A DNA stretch of 14,583 nucleotides from Oligoflexia bacterium (GTDB lineage: Bacteria; Bdellovibrionota; UBA1018). A program made the position numbers and the translations under genes. The notes under the pieces are model-generated. The model saw only the letters and a program-made list of their open reading frames with translations. It was not told where the DNA came from and did not search any database. Below, piece by piece: positions 1-10,420 of the stretch (its first letter is position 1; the number at the start of each line of letters is the position of its first letter). The stretch covers positions 1-14,583 of the forward strand of contig JAYTHP010000091.1 in assembly GCA_043732485.1 (NCBI GenBank), given 5' to 3'.

Positions 1-273
1 CCGTGGATCTCCCACCCTTCCAACGCATAATCACGCCGTTGCCGATGCACTGGCTCTTTCAAGATAGGGGGATGCCAGCTCCACTGACACCGCTCCCAAA
101 AATCGTCGATTTGAGTGATGCTGCAACCGCCACCAACGACAACGACACTGACCCCACCACCTACTCGCCCCTGTCACTTGCAGCTTTTCCTCGCTCCGAT
201 TTTGTAAGCCATAACGAAGCGCTCAGCTCGCGCGCCTGGAGCGTCTACCCCATGGTCACCGAACAACGCGGAA

Positions 274-436
274 GACCGTCACCCCTCCCCTCCACTCTTC
301 TTCCCCTGTTTCCAACCTGCGCAAACGCAAGCGCAAAAGTTTTTCTCTAATAAAATCAATATTTTTCAAGCACAAGCGTTACACCTTTTGCTGCTAGACC
401 CCTTGCCGCGCAAGCTCCCGCGACCGTCACCCCTCC
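274..436 (+). repeat. 15-bp exact direct repeat GACCGTCACCCCTCC (274-288 and 422-436), part of a possible degenerate ~150-bp duplication
   Basis: Identical 15-mers 148 bp apart. Weaker similarity follows each copy (CCCCTGTTT vs CCCCCTTTGTTT; CTAATAAAATCAA vs CTAATTAAAAGCAA). Confidence 0.55.
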
Positions 437-603
437 TCCCAAACCCGCTATCGCCGCTCCCCCTTTGTTTGACGCCTGATGCGGCGAAAAAAGCGTTGAC
501 CCTAATTAAAAGCAAAAATAATGGATTATCCGAAAAACCACTGTCATAACGGACTAAAACCTTACCCCAGCCCTTCCTGTGCGTGAGTGAACTTTTCAAG
601 TAA

Positions 604-876
604 AATCCACTTTCTGTGGTGCTTCGCATCACTGATTCTGGCGCTCGGATGATGCCTGAGGATTGCAGCAAACTTTTGCGGCCCTCTTCTTCCACCAAAA
701 GAGTAGGCGAGGGGACAGGCCTCGGGCTTTTCATTACGAAAAGCATCTTCGATGAACACAACGCCACCATCCACGTGGCCGACGACACTCCTCATACCTG
801 CTTTAAAATCCGCTTTCCAAGACCCCAGGCCGCAGCCGATTACGAGCCAAAAACTGCAAGCGCCACCAAAACCTGA
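604..876 (+). pseudogene. C-terminal fragment of a sensor histidine kinase HATPase_c domain
   Basis: The translation VVLRITDSGARM...LLRPSSSTKRVGEGTGLGLFITKSIFDEHNATIHV...TCFKIRFP retains the G2 box (GTGLGL). The G1 box is degraded (DSGAR instead of DxGxG), as is the F box (LRPSSSTK instead of FxPFFTTK). In-frame TAA codons lie at 601-603 and 547-549, and there is no H box or intact N box. Confidence 0.8.
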
Positions 877-877
877 G

Positions 878-2845
<1,968 letters not shown>

Positions 2846-2851
2846 CTTTTT

Positions 2852-2858
2852 ACCTCCT
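2852..2858 (-). promoter_or_regulatory. Shine-Dalgarno sequence AGGAGGT of the GH16-like gene
   Basis: AGGAGGT lies 6 nt upstream of the ATG at 2845. Confidence 0.8.
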
Positions 2859-3238
2859 GAGGGCTGCCTACTGCTAGGCCACTGCTTATCCCAGATGTCT
2901 CGACATTGATCCGTTCCAAGGTCCCACCACCTGTAAGCTGAGAGACCCTTTTGTTCCCCGTTTCACTCCCAAGGCGGGGCCCTATTTTCTCCCACTTTAT
3001 CAAATTAAGGATGAAATTAAAGTGCTAATCTGAATTTCTCGAGTTTGGGCGGCGTGTTGCAGCAGGCGGAGGGGAGGAGGCGCCAAACTTCTGACGCTCT
3101 AGCCCGCCTTCAAAGACCAAGACAGGCGCAACCAGCCACTTTAGGTAAAATGAAGGATAGAAAGGGAGAAAAAGCAGTTAAGAAGCTGATTCGCGGGAAA
3201 GACAGGCTACCTCAGCACGTAACGGGTGGCGCCCTTCA

Positions 3239-4981
3239 TCAGCCCTCAAGTCTGGCGTCTTTGAGATACAAGAAATCAAGCGCGTTGAGTCTTAAGTGCA
3301 GGGCAGGTTTCATGAGCAAGAGATTAGGCTCATAAAACAGCGGCACAATCACAGCTTCTTGCTCAAGCAGCAGCCGCTGCAAGTCGAGAAAGCGGGTCTC
3401 ACGCTCTGAGGCACTTTGGGCCTGTTTGGCTTTTGCTTCGTCTTGATCAAATTGCGGGCTACTCCAGGTGGTTTCGGTCATGTCTGAGGAGCTCAGGAAG
3501 AGACTGAGAAAATTTTCAGGATCCGGGAAATCGGCCGTCCAGGTGTTATAAAAGACGGGGGCCGGGTGCAAGGCGAGCTGCGTACGGTAGGCCGTGTGCT
3601 CAAAGGATTGAAAGGTCAGCTGAATGCCGAGATTTTTTTTCAGTTCAGCTGCAATCCAGTCCATCATTAGGATCGCCTTGCTCCACTGCGGTCGAATACC
3701 CGTGATAACCAACGTTTGACTGCGACTCCAGCCCGCTTTTTTCAGCTCCGCTCGCGCCTGCTCCAGGGAAAAGGGTAAACCTACGCTTTTTGAATAGGCC
3801 AGCATCCCCGGCGGCACAAAAGAAGTAGCCTGTGGCTGGGAGTTTCTCAGAAAATCATTGAGTTTTTTTCGGTCCAAGGCCATCGCAATGGCGCGCCGCA
3901 AGTGAACCTCCGAGGCTGGGTATTTCGTGGTGACAAAGCCCAGAAACACCGTCTTTAAGTGCGGGGACGCACGCAAATCCGGACGATTGAGCAGTTTTTC
4001 TGGATCCACCGTGCCTAAATCAGTCAGTAGATCAAGCTGCCCCGCATCAAACGTCTCAAGCGCTTCTTGATCCTCAGGCAGGATCATCGCTTCGATACGG
4101 TCCACATTGCCTATGCGACGCCCGCTGTACTGCGGGTTGCGGGTTAAGGTGATCTTGGAGTGAAACTCATGACTTTCGAGCAAATAAGGCCCAAGCGTGA
4201 CAATCCGCCCCGGAGTTGCCCAGGCGGAGCCATACTTTTGAATCAGATCCTCGCGCACTGGAAAAGTTACCCAGAAAGCAGGAATTTCAATCCAGTGCGG
4301 CAGGGCTGCTTTCAAGCGCACCTGTAACACCCCGTCACTCAAAGCCTTCACTCCCACTTGACTAAAATCGAGTGGCTTACCCTGGCTATAGGCACTCAGG
4401 TATCCCTCCACCCCTTCTAAGTCAGAGAGAAAATGGGCATACTGGGCGGCGGTGAGCGGGGAGAGTAAACGCTTCCAACTGTCGACAAAGTGCTGAGCAC
4501 GCAGCGGCTCGCCATCACTCCATTTCACGCCAGGCTGCAAATAAAAAGTCACCACCTTGCCGTCGCCTGAGATCTCCCAGCGCGAAGCTAAAGCAGGCAC
4601 CACCTTCAAATCAGCATCCAGGGACACTAAGCCTTCCATGAGATTCATCAGCAGGCTGGCTTCAAGCGTGGTGTGAGCACGATTCCAATCCAGGGTTTCA
4701 GGATCATCACGTAAACGAATTTTAAGCGTTTTTGGCCCCCCTGTGATCAGGGGCGAGGGGGATGCTTTGGCAACGGGAGCAGCAGGGAGTACCTGAGGCA
4801 AGCGTGAAGGAAAACGAGAACTCTTGCGCACAGCAGCCTGCGTCAACCCCCCCGAAGCAGCAGCCATGAGCAACCCAAGGCCAGCAAGTCCGCTTAAGGG
4901 AAAAAGACCTGAGGGGCCGGGCAAAAAACTGAGGAGGTGCTTGCGAAACTTCAGCATCGCTCCTGAGAATACCTGATACAC
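3239..4981 (-). CDS. oppA: Peptide ABC transporter substrate-binding protein (OppA/family 5 SBP); the true start may be ATG 4957
   Basis: Motifs DPETLDWN, LMEGLV, VVPALASRWEISGDGKVVTFYLQPGVKWSDGEPL, GPYLL, LRRAIAMALDR, WTADFPDPENFL and IVPLFY, plus a signal-peptide-like N-terminus. Substrate is unknown. Confidence 0.9.
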   Translation of the reverse strand: MYQVFSGAMLKFRKHLLSFLPGPSGLFPLSGLAGLGLLMAAASGGLTQAAVRKSSRFPSRLPQVLPAAPVAKASPSPLITGGPKTLKIRLRDDPETLDWNRAHTTLEASLLMNLMEGLVSLDADLKVVPALASRWEISGDGKVVTFYLQPGVKWSDGEPLRAQHFVDSWKRLLSPLTAAQYAHFLSDLEGVEGYLSAYSQGKPLDFSQVGVKALSDGVLQVRLKAALPHWIEIPAFWVTFPVREDLIQKYGSAWATPGRIVTLGPYLLESHEFHSKITLTRNPQYSGRRIGNVDRIEAMILPEDQEALETFDAGQLDLLTDLGTVDPEKLLNRPDLRASPHLKTVFLGFVTTKYPASEVHLRRAIAMALDRKKLNDFLRNSQPQATSFVPPGMLAYSKSVGLPFSLEQARAELKKAGWSRSQTLVITGIRPQWSKAILMMDWIAAELKKNLGIQLTFQSFEHTAYRTQLALHPAPVFYNTWTADFPDPENFLSLFLSSSDMTETTWSSPQFDQDEAKAKQAQSASERETRFLDLQRLLLEQEAVIVPLFYEPNLLLMKPALHLRLNALDFLYLKDARLEG

Positions 4982-5060
4982 CGTCAGGGTGCAAGCAGCA
5001 GGCCTTGATCAGGCACGCTCACGTTCCACCCAGCCCGCGCACTTTGGCCTAGAGGTTAGC

Positions 5061-5354
5061 TCAATCGACGTTGACCAACTCCACCACCACATCACCGAGC
5101 ACTTTGGCTTGGCAACTGAGCCTGGAAGAGGGCTGCGCGCCTGCGGCCGCATCGAGCCGATCTTGCTCCTCCTCATCGATCACAGAGAGCTGATCTGCCC
5201 CGGCCTTGACATAAACATGACAAGTGGTGCACGCACAAAACCCCCCGCAGGCATGCTGCATCGGGACGTCATGATCGAGGGCAACATCCAGCAAGGTATT
5301 GCCTTTTTTGGTTTCAAAACTCACATTCATCGGTAAAAAAGTCACTTTAGGCAT
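5061..5354 (-). CDS. fdx: ISC-system [2Fe-2S] ferredoxin (adrenodoxin type)
   Basis: HACGGFCACTTCH and SRLSCQ motifs; located after hscA. Confidence 0.95.
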   Translation of the reverse strand: MPKVTFLPMNVSFETKKGNTLLDVALDHDVPMQHACGGFCACTTCHVYVKAGADQLSVIDEEEQDRLDAAAGAQPSSRLSCQAKVLGDVVVELVNVD

Positions 5355-5472
5355 GAATCACACACACACACTTTCTCTCACGCTTGTTTTTTTCTCGCTC
5401 TCGTTTTTCGTCCCGGGCTGCAACCAGCGCTGCTTGCTTGCTTGCCTGTCTGCCTACCCTCATCCACGCAAA

Positions 5473-7302
5473 CTACGATGCCGTAGGCTTGAGCTCACCC
5501 TCACGCTTCGTCAACTGGTTCAAGGAACTGGCCAGCAAGCGCCCAGCCAAATCCACGGTTGCTTGATTCAAATCAGAAGTCAGGCTCGCAATCAAGCTGA
5601 TTTCATCCCCGCGCAATGCTTTTTCTAAGGCGTCAATTTGCCCTTGAATCTTGCTGACCTCTTGCGCCTCCAACTGTGCCGAAGCGCTCGGCCATTGCCG
5701 TAAAACCGCTTGCAACAGCGCCTCAGCCTGCTGCCTAGTGCCCAGCCGCTCGCGAAAAGCCTGATCCTCGGCATTGCCCTGCAAGCCTGCAGCCAGGCGA
5801 GCCTCAATTTCCTCAGGTTGCAAACCAAAACTTGGCTTCACCTCAATCGCTTGCTCCTTCCCGGTTAACACATCGAGCGCAGAGACCTGTAAAATGCCAT
5901 CGGCATCCATCACAAAGCTCACTTCTACTCGTGCCTGCCCGGCAGGAAGCGGCGTTAACCCCCCTAACTTAAAACGCCCTAAACTACGATTTTGCTCCAC
6001 CTGCTCACGCTCACCTTGTAAGACGTGAATCTCGACCCCGGTTTGCCGATCGGCAAAGGTAGTAAAGGTCTCACGCGCTGCAGCCGGTATCCGCGTGTTG
6101 CGGGCAATGAGCGGCGCCATCAGCCCGCCATAAGTCTCAATCCCCAGCGTTAAGGGAATGACATCCAGCAGCAGACATTTTTGATTTCCTCCTCCTAAGA
6201 TATCCGCTTGAATGGCGGCGCCTTGCGCCACCACTTCCTCTGGATGCAAGGAGGCATCCGGCACCCGGCCAAAAATCTCAGCCACGAACTCCTGCACGAC
6301 ACTGAGCCGGGTGGGACCTCCCACGAGAATGACTTGCGACAGTTGCTCACGCGTCAGCCCAGCATCAGCCAAAGCCTCAAGACAAGGCTGCCTGGTGCGC
6401 TCCAAAATCGGGGCAATCGCTGTGGCTAAATCTGCCCTGCTCCAGACTTTGCCAAACTGCTGACCTTGCCAGGAAGCCGTAAAGCTCGCTTCAGCGTGAG
6501 TCGCCAACGCAATTTTTACCTGCTCCGCCGCAGCCAGCAGGGTGGCTTGTAACTCCGCCCCCCAGCCCGACCCAGGCGCCCAGATCGCCTCAAGCTCCAC
6601 TTGCATTGCAGCGAGGATGGCTGCATCCAAGTCATCTCCCCCCAAGGCGGTATCCCCGTGGGTGGATAGCACTTCAAAAATACCGTGCGCCAGCTTTAAA
6701 ATCGACAAATCAAAGGTCCCGCCCCCTAAATCATACACCGCAACTAGGCCATCGTGCTGGCCATCGAGCCCATACGCTAGCGCAGCCGCCGTGGGCTCAT
6801 TTAAAATCCGCACCACTTCCCAGCCCGCCCAACGTCCTGCCGTGCGGGTGGCTTGGCGTTGCGCATCGTTAAAATAAGCAGGCACCGTCAAAACTGCCCG
6901 CTTGAGCTCTCGCCCGAGCGCCTTTTCGGCTTCCCGCTTGAGTTCTCGTAGAATCATCGCAGAAATCTCAGTCGGTGAAACCACCTTATCGCCTAAACGA
7001 ATGCCCACTTCTCCCCCCGCCACCGCCTCTTCCACCAGCTGGTGCGAGGCGCTAGCCGGCAAATCCGTGAGCTTTCTGCCTAAAAAACGCTTCACCGAGC
7101 GAATAGTGTGCGAGGCCTGCAAGACCTTTTGTGCTTTAGCAGCGTCCCCCAGCAACCACGCACCGTTCAACCAGCTCACCACCGACGGAAATAACTTGCT
7201 CCCCGATTGCAAACGCAACACCTCGGGGCGCCCCTCCCGCACCCAGGCCACAAGACTATGAGTGGTCCCTAAATCAATCCCAATAATTGGTGCTTGTTCC
7301 AT
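5473..7302 (-). CDS. hscA: Fe-S protein assembly Hsp70 chaperone HscA
   Basis: Hsp70 signatures GIDLGTTHS, TVPAYFNDAQRQAT, ILNEPTAAALAYG, YDLGGGTFDLS and LLDVIPLTLGIET. It has an HGDTALGGDD motif, a GGGAGG RBS and isc operon context. Confidence 0.93.
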   Translation of the reverse strand: MEQAPIIGIDLGTTHSLVAWVREGRPEVLRLQSGSKLFPSVVSWLNGAWLLGDAAKAQKVLQASHTIRSVKRFLGRKLTDLPASASHQLVEEAVAGGEVGIRLGDKVVSPTEISAMILRELKREAEKALGRELKRAVLTVPAYFNDAQRQATRTAGRWAGWEVVRILNEPTAAALAYGLDGQHDGLVAVYDLGGGTFDLSILKLAHGIFEVLSTHGDTALGGDDLDAAILAAMQVELEAIWAPGSGWGAELQATLLAAAEQVKIALATHAEASFTASWQGQQFGKVWSRADLATAIAPILERTRQPCLEALADAGLTREQLSQVILVGGPTRLSVVQEFVAEIFGRVPDASLHPEEVVAQGAAIQADILGGGNQKCLLLDVIPLTLGIETYGGLMAPLIARNTRIPAAARETFTTFADRQTGVEIHVLQGEREQVEQNRSLGRFKLGGLTPLPAGQARVEVSFVMDADGILQVSALDVLTGKEQAIEVKPSFGLQPEEIEARLAAGLQGNAEDQAFRERLGTRQQAEALLQAVLRQWPSASAQLEAQEVSKIQGQIDALEKALRGDEISLIASLTSDLNQATVDLAGRLLASSLNQLTKREGELKPTAS

Positions 7303-7377
7303 CTTGCAAAAGCCTCCCTCTTGTCTCGCACGCCTCTACCTGCTTCAAAAAAATACTCACACCCATTCACTCGACTC

Positions 7378-8280
7378 TCACTTTTGTTCGCCGTTAGCAC
7401 TGACCCCGAGCCGCTTTTGCATTTGCTTGAGCTGCTGCAGCAGCGAGCACACGTAACCTTGCTCGCGCAACTGGGCTTTGATTTCCCCGAGGATCTGCGG
7501 CAGCAGAGCGTGCGCGTGCGACAAAAACTCCTGCGACTCAAGACCCTCGTCTACCCGTGCTTCTAGCCGCTGCATCGCCGCCTCGGCTTGCACCTCGTGG
7601 GCTTGCAGCTGGTCCAGCATCTGCCCAAGCGCTAAGGCTCCTTGCTGAGGATCCTCCAAGACTAAATCCATCAGCGTAAAATACTGCTCTACAAACTGCG
7701 TCGGGATCCCCGCGTCTTTTGTAACGCCAGCCGCCGCCACGCCAGCCTCACCCCCGCGACTGGCTAGGCTCCAGGTTTTTTGTAACTGCTGCACGCGATA
7801 GTCCCGTGCGCGGGTGTGATCTCGCAGCGTGTCATAGGCCACATTGATCCAAGTCATGCGTGCTAAAGACGCCTGCTTGGCTGCGGCACTAGCATTAGAG
7901 AACCGATCCGGATGCAAGGTTCGCGAGAGTGCAAAAAAACGCTTTTCTAGCTCTTGCGTCTCCACTTGAAACTTCGGGGCGAGGCCAAACGCTGTGAAAA
8001 AATCCTCCGCTGAGTCAATCTCTTCCGCGACGGAGCGCTGAGGCGGGTTTGCAGGATCAAAATCCCCGGCCTCACTCCTCCCCAGAACCCCCAGACTCCC
8101 CAGCGGGGCTGGTGCTCCGCATTGCCCACAAAAGTGACGAGCCATCCAAGCCTCACGAACAGAAAGCAGGAAGGGCGTCACCCCCTGCTGATGACAAACG
8201 CCGCACTTAAGCAGAGAAACTGGAACCACAGCCACAAGTCCGTTTCGCATTGGGATTGTTAAAAACAAATCCTGTGCCAT
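7378..8280 (-). CDS. hscB: Fe-S assembly co-chaperone HscB (J-domain) with N-terminal CxxC motifs; start uncertain (8280, 8250 or 8145)
   Basis: DFFTAFGLAPKF..LEKRFFALSRTLHPDRF (J-domain HPD) and INVAYDTLRD, with a helical C-terminus. Located between iscA and hscA. Confidence 0.88.
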   Translation of the reverse strand: MAQDLFLTIPMRNGLVAVVPVSLLKCGVCHQQGVTPFLLSVREAWMARHFCGQCGAPAPLGSLGVLGRSEAGDFDPANPPQRSVAEEIDSAEDFFTAFGLAPKFQVETQELEKRFFALSRTLHPDRFSNASAAAKQASLARMTWINVAYDTLRDHTRARDYRVQQLQKTWSLASRGGEAGVAAAGVTKDAGIPTQFVEQYFTLMDLVLEDPQQGALALGQMLDQLQAHEVQAEAAMQRLEARVDEGLESQEFLSHAHALLPQILGEIKAQLREQGYVCSLLQQLKQMQKRLGVSANGEQK

Positions 8281-8629
8281 TCAAGCCATCGGAAAAATCA
8301 AGTACCGTGCCGGCTAAATACAAATAAGACTTCGAATCAATGACTAAGCGCACGCCTTCTTTTTCAAACACCTTGTCTTGACTGGCCAAAGGTTTTTCCT
8401 CAAAACCCAACTTGTAACTCATCCCCGAGCAACCCCCACCGACCACCATGATGCGCAACAGTGCGGCTGCGGCATGAGCCTCCTGGGTCTGGATCCGCTT
8501 AATCTCAGCCACGGCTTTCGCTGTGACCTCAATCATCACTTGCTCAATCTTGTGCTCAATCTTGTTCTCGACAGCCAGCTGAGTCAACTGCTGCTGCTGA
8601 TCGACTTCCTGATGCAATTTCTCACTCAT
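8207..8629 (-). CDS. iscA: A-type Fe-S carrier IscA (alternative start ATG 8536)
   Basis: GGGCSGMSY and NPNAKRTCGCGSSF motifs. The ATG at 8629 overlaps the iscU stop (ATGA). Confidence 0.93.
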   Translation of the reverse strand: MSEKLHQEVDQQQQLTQLAVENKIEHKIEQVMIEVTAKAVAEIKRIQTQEAHAAAALLRIMVVGGGCSGMSYKLGFEEKPLASQDKVFEKEGVRLVIDSKSYLYLAGTVLDFSDGLNGTGFVFNNPNAKRTCGCGSSFSA

Positions 8630-9021
8630 GTTGACACCGCCGCAGCTTTTTTCAAATAATCGGCAATCGCAGCCTTAATCGCATCTTCTGCTAACACTGA
8701 GCAATGAATTTTAATCGGCGGCAACGACAGCTCCTGGACAATGTCCGTGTTCTTAATCGACAACGCCTGCTGAATCGTCTTGCCCTTGATCCACTCCGTG
8801 GCAAGCGAGGAACTGGCAATCGCACTGCCACAACCAAAGGTCTTGAATTTGGCATCCTCAATCACCCCGGTTTTTGGATCAATTTGGACCTGCAACTTCA
8901 TGACATCACCGCACTCAGGGGCTCCGACTAACCCCGTACCGACACTGAGTGAGTTCTTATCCAAAGTGCCCACATTTTGTGGATTCTCGTAATGTTCAAT
9001 GACTTTTTTTGTATAGCCCAT
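8626..9021 (-). CDS. iscU: Fe-S cluster scaffold IscU
   Basis: HYENPQNVG, GAPECGDVMKLQ, FKTFGCGSAIASS and LPPIKIHCSVLAEDAI, with the three conserved Cys. Confidence 0.97.
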   Translation of the reverse strand: MGYTKKVIEHYENPQNVGTLDKNSLSVGTGLVGAPECGDVMKLQVQIDPKTGVIEDAKFKTFGCGSAIASSSLATEWIKGKTIQQALSIKNTDIVQELSLPPIKIHCSVLAEDAIKAAIADYLKKAAAVST

Positions 9022-9096
9022 GTTTTTTCGCTTCCTTTTTAATGACTTTTTTTACTGACTCTTTTTTTTCTGCTGCTTTTTTGCGCCCGCCCTCGC

Positions 9097-10311
9097 TTAA
9101 TGCCCGCTCCACTGGATCGACTTTAAATCAATGCCTTCTTTGACCATTTCGTATAAGGGTGACAAATCACGCAGTTTCTTCACACTCTCGACCACCTTCT
9201 CTAAAGCAAAATCAATTTCCTCAAGCGTGGTGAAACGACCTAAGCCAAACCGGATGCTGGTGTGTGCTAAGTCTTCTGAGACCCCGATACACTTTAAAAC
9301 ATACGAAGGCTCTAAACTCGAAGAGGTGCAAGCCGAGCCGCTCGAAACTGCTAACTCCTTCATCCCCATCATCAAGGATTCCCCTTCCACGTAGGCAAAG
9401 CTCACGTTTAAGTTATTGGGTAAGCGCTCCACCGGGTGACCATTGAGATACACCTCATCTAATTCCGCTTGAATCCCCGCCCATAAGTGATCCCGCAGCG
9501 CCTTGATGCGCGGCACTTCGACTTTCATCAAGGTGCGCGCCAGCTCTGCTGCCTTACCAAACCCTACGATCCCCGGCACGTTAAGCGTGCCTGAGCGCAT
9601 ACCGCGCTCATGCCCGCCGCCATAAATCAGCGGCTTTAAACGCACGCGAGGATTTCTCCTTCTCACGTATAACAGCGCAATCCCTTTCGGTCCGTAAATC
9701 TTATGGGCCGTAAGCGACAACAGATCGATGCCCATTTTCTCGACATCGAGCTCCATTTTGCCGCCCGCTTGCACCGCATCGCAGTGAAATAAAACGCCTT
9801 TTTCTTTACAAACTGCACCAATTTCTGCAATTGGATTAATCGAACCAATCTCATTATTAGCCGCCATCACCGAGACCAAGAGGGTCTGCGGCGTGATCGC
9901 ATTTCTTACCGACTCTGCGCTCACCCGACCAAATTGATCCACCGGCAAGTAGGTCACCTGAAAACCCTTTTGCTCTAAATACTGACAGGTGTCTAAAATA
10001 GCCTTGTGCTCCACCGGCGAGGTAATGATGTGATTACCCTTCTCCCGGTACATCTCAGCCACCCCCATCAGCGCCAGGTTATTACTCTCGGTTGCGCCAC
10101 TAGTGAAGATGATTTCTTTTTCCTGCGCACCAATCAAGCGCGCCAGCTCTTGCCGGGCTTTTTCAACCGCGCCCTCAGCCGTCCAGCCGTACTCATGATT
10201 GCGGCTCGCTGCGTTACCAAAGACTTCGGTAAAATAAGGCAACATCGCCTGCAAAACAAGCGGATCCATGGGAGTCGTGGAATGGTGATCAAGATAAATA
10301 GGCAACTTCAT
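9097..10311 (-). CDS. iscS: Cysteine desulfurase IscS
   Basis: MKLPIYLD start, PLP-lysine motif AHKIYGPKG, catalytic loop SSGSACTS, C-terminus [16 protein letters not shown], and an AAGGAG RBS. Confidence 0.98.
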   Translation of the reverse strand: MKLPIYLDHHSTTPMDPLVLQAMLPYFTEVFGNAASRNHEYGWTAEGAVEKARQELARLIGAQEKEIIFTSGATESNNLALMGVAEMYREKGNHIITSPVEHKAILDTCQYLEQKGFQVTYLPVDQFGRVSAESVRNAITPQTLLVSVMAANNEIGSINPIAEIGAVCKEKGVLFHCDAVQAGGKMELDVEKMGIDLLSLTAHKIYGPKGIALLYVRRRNPRVRLKPLIYGGGHERGMRSGTLNVPGIVGFGKAAELARTLMKVEVPRIKALRDHLWAGIQAELDEVYLNGHPVERLPNNLNVSFAYVEGESLMMGMKELAVSSGSACTSSSLEPSYVLKCIGVSEDLAHTSIRFGLGRFTTLEEIDFALEKVVESVKKLRDLSPLYEMVKEGIDLKSIQWSGH

Positions 10312-10420
10312 GGTGAACTCCTTGAGAAAAGTGAAAACTGAAGTCTGAGCGGTGGCAGCTTAGCATACAGTGGAATCACTCTCTCGGTTTTTTGGGGTTA
10401 TTTGGGTTTAACAGCTTTTT

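Noticed and set aside
3..350. 115-aa plus-strand ORF at the window edge
   Set aside because: Pro/Ser-rich with no recognisable motif, and it runs into the repeat region. It could be the tail of an upstream gene but cannot be supported from this window.
2936..2960. GCTGAGAGACCCTT resembling the TPP riboswitch core
   Set aside because: The downstream ACCTGAT and GCGNAGG elements are absent, and it is on the opposite strand from the adjacent gene.
3010..3028. Sigma54-like promoter TTAGCAC-N5-TTTCA on the minus strand
   Set aside because: Both invariant dinucleotides (GG at -24 and GC at -12) are mismatched.
5473..7302. Calling the Hsp70 DnaK
   Set aside because: Its position between hscB and fdx, the absence of grpE and dnaJ, and HscA-like motifs favour HscA.
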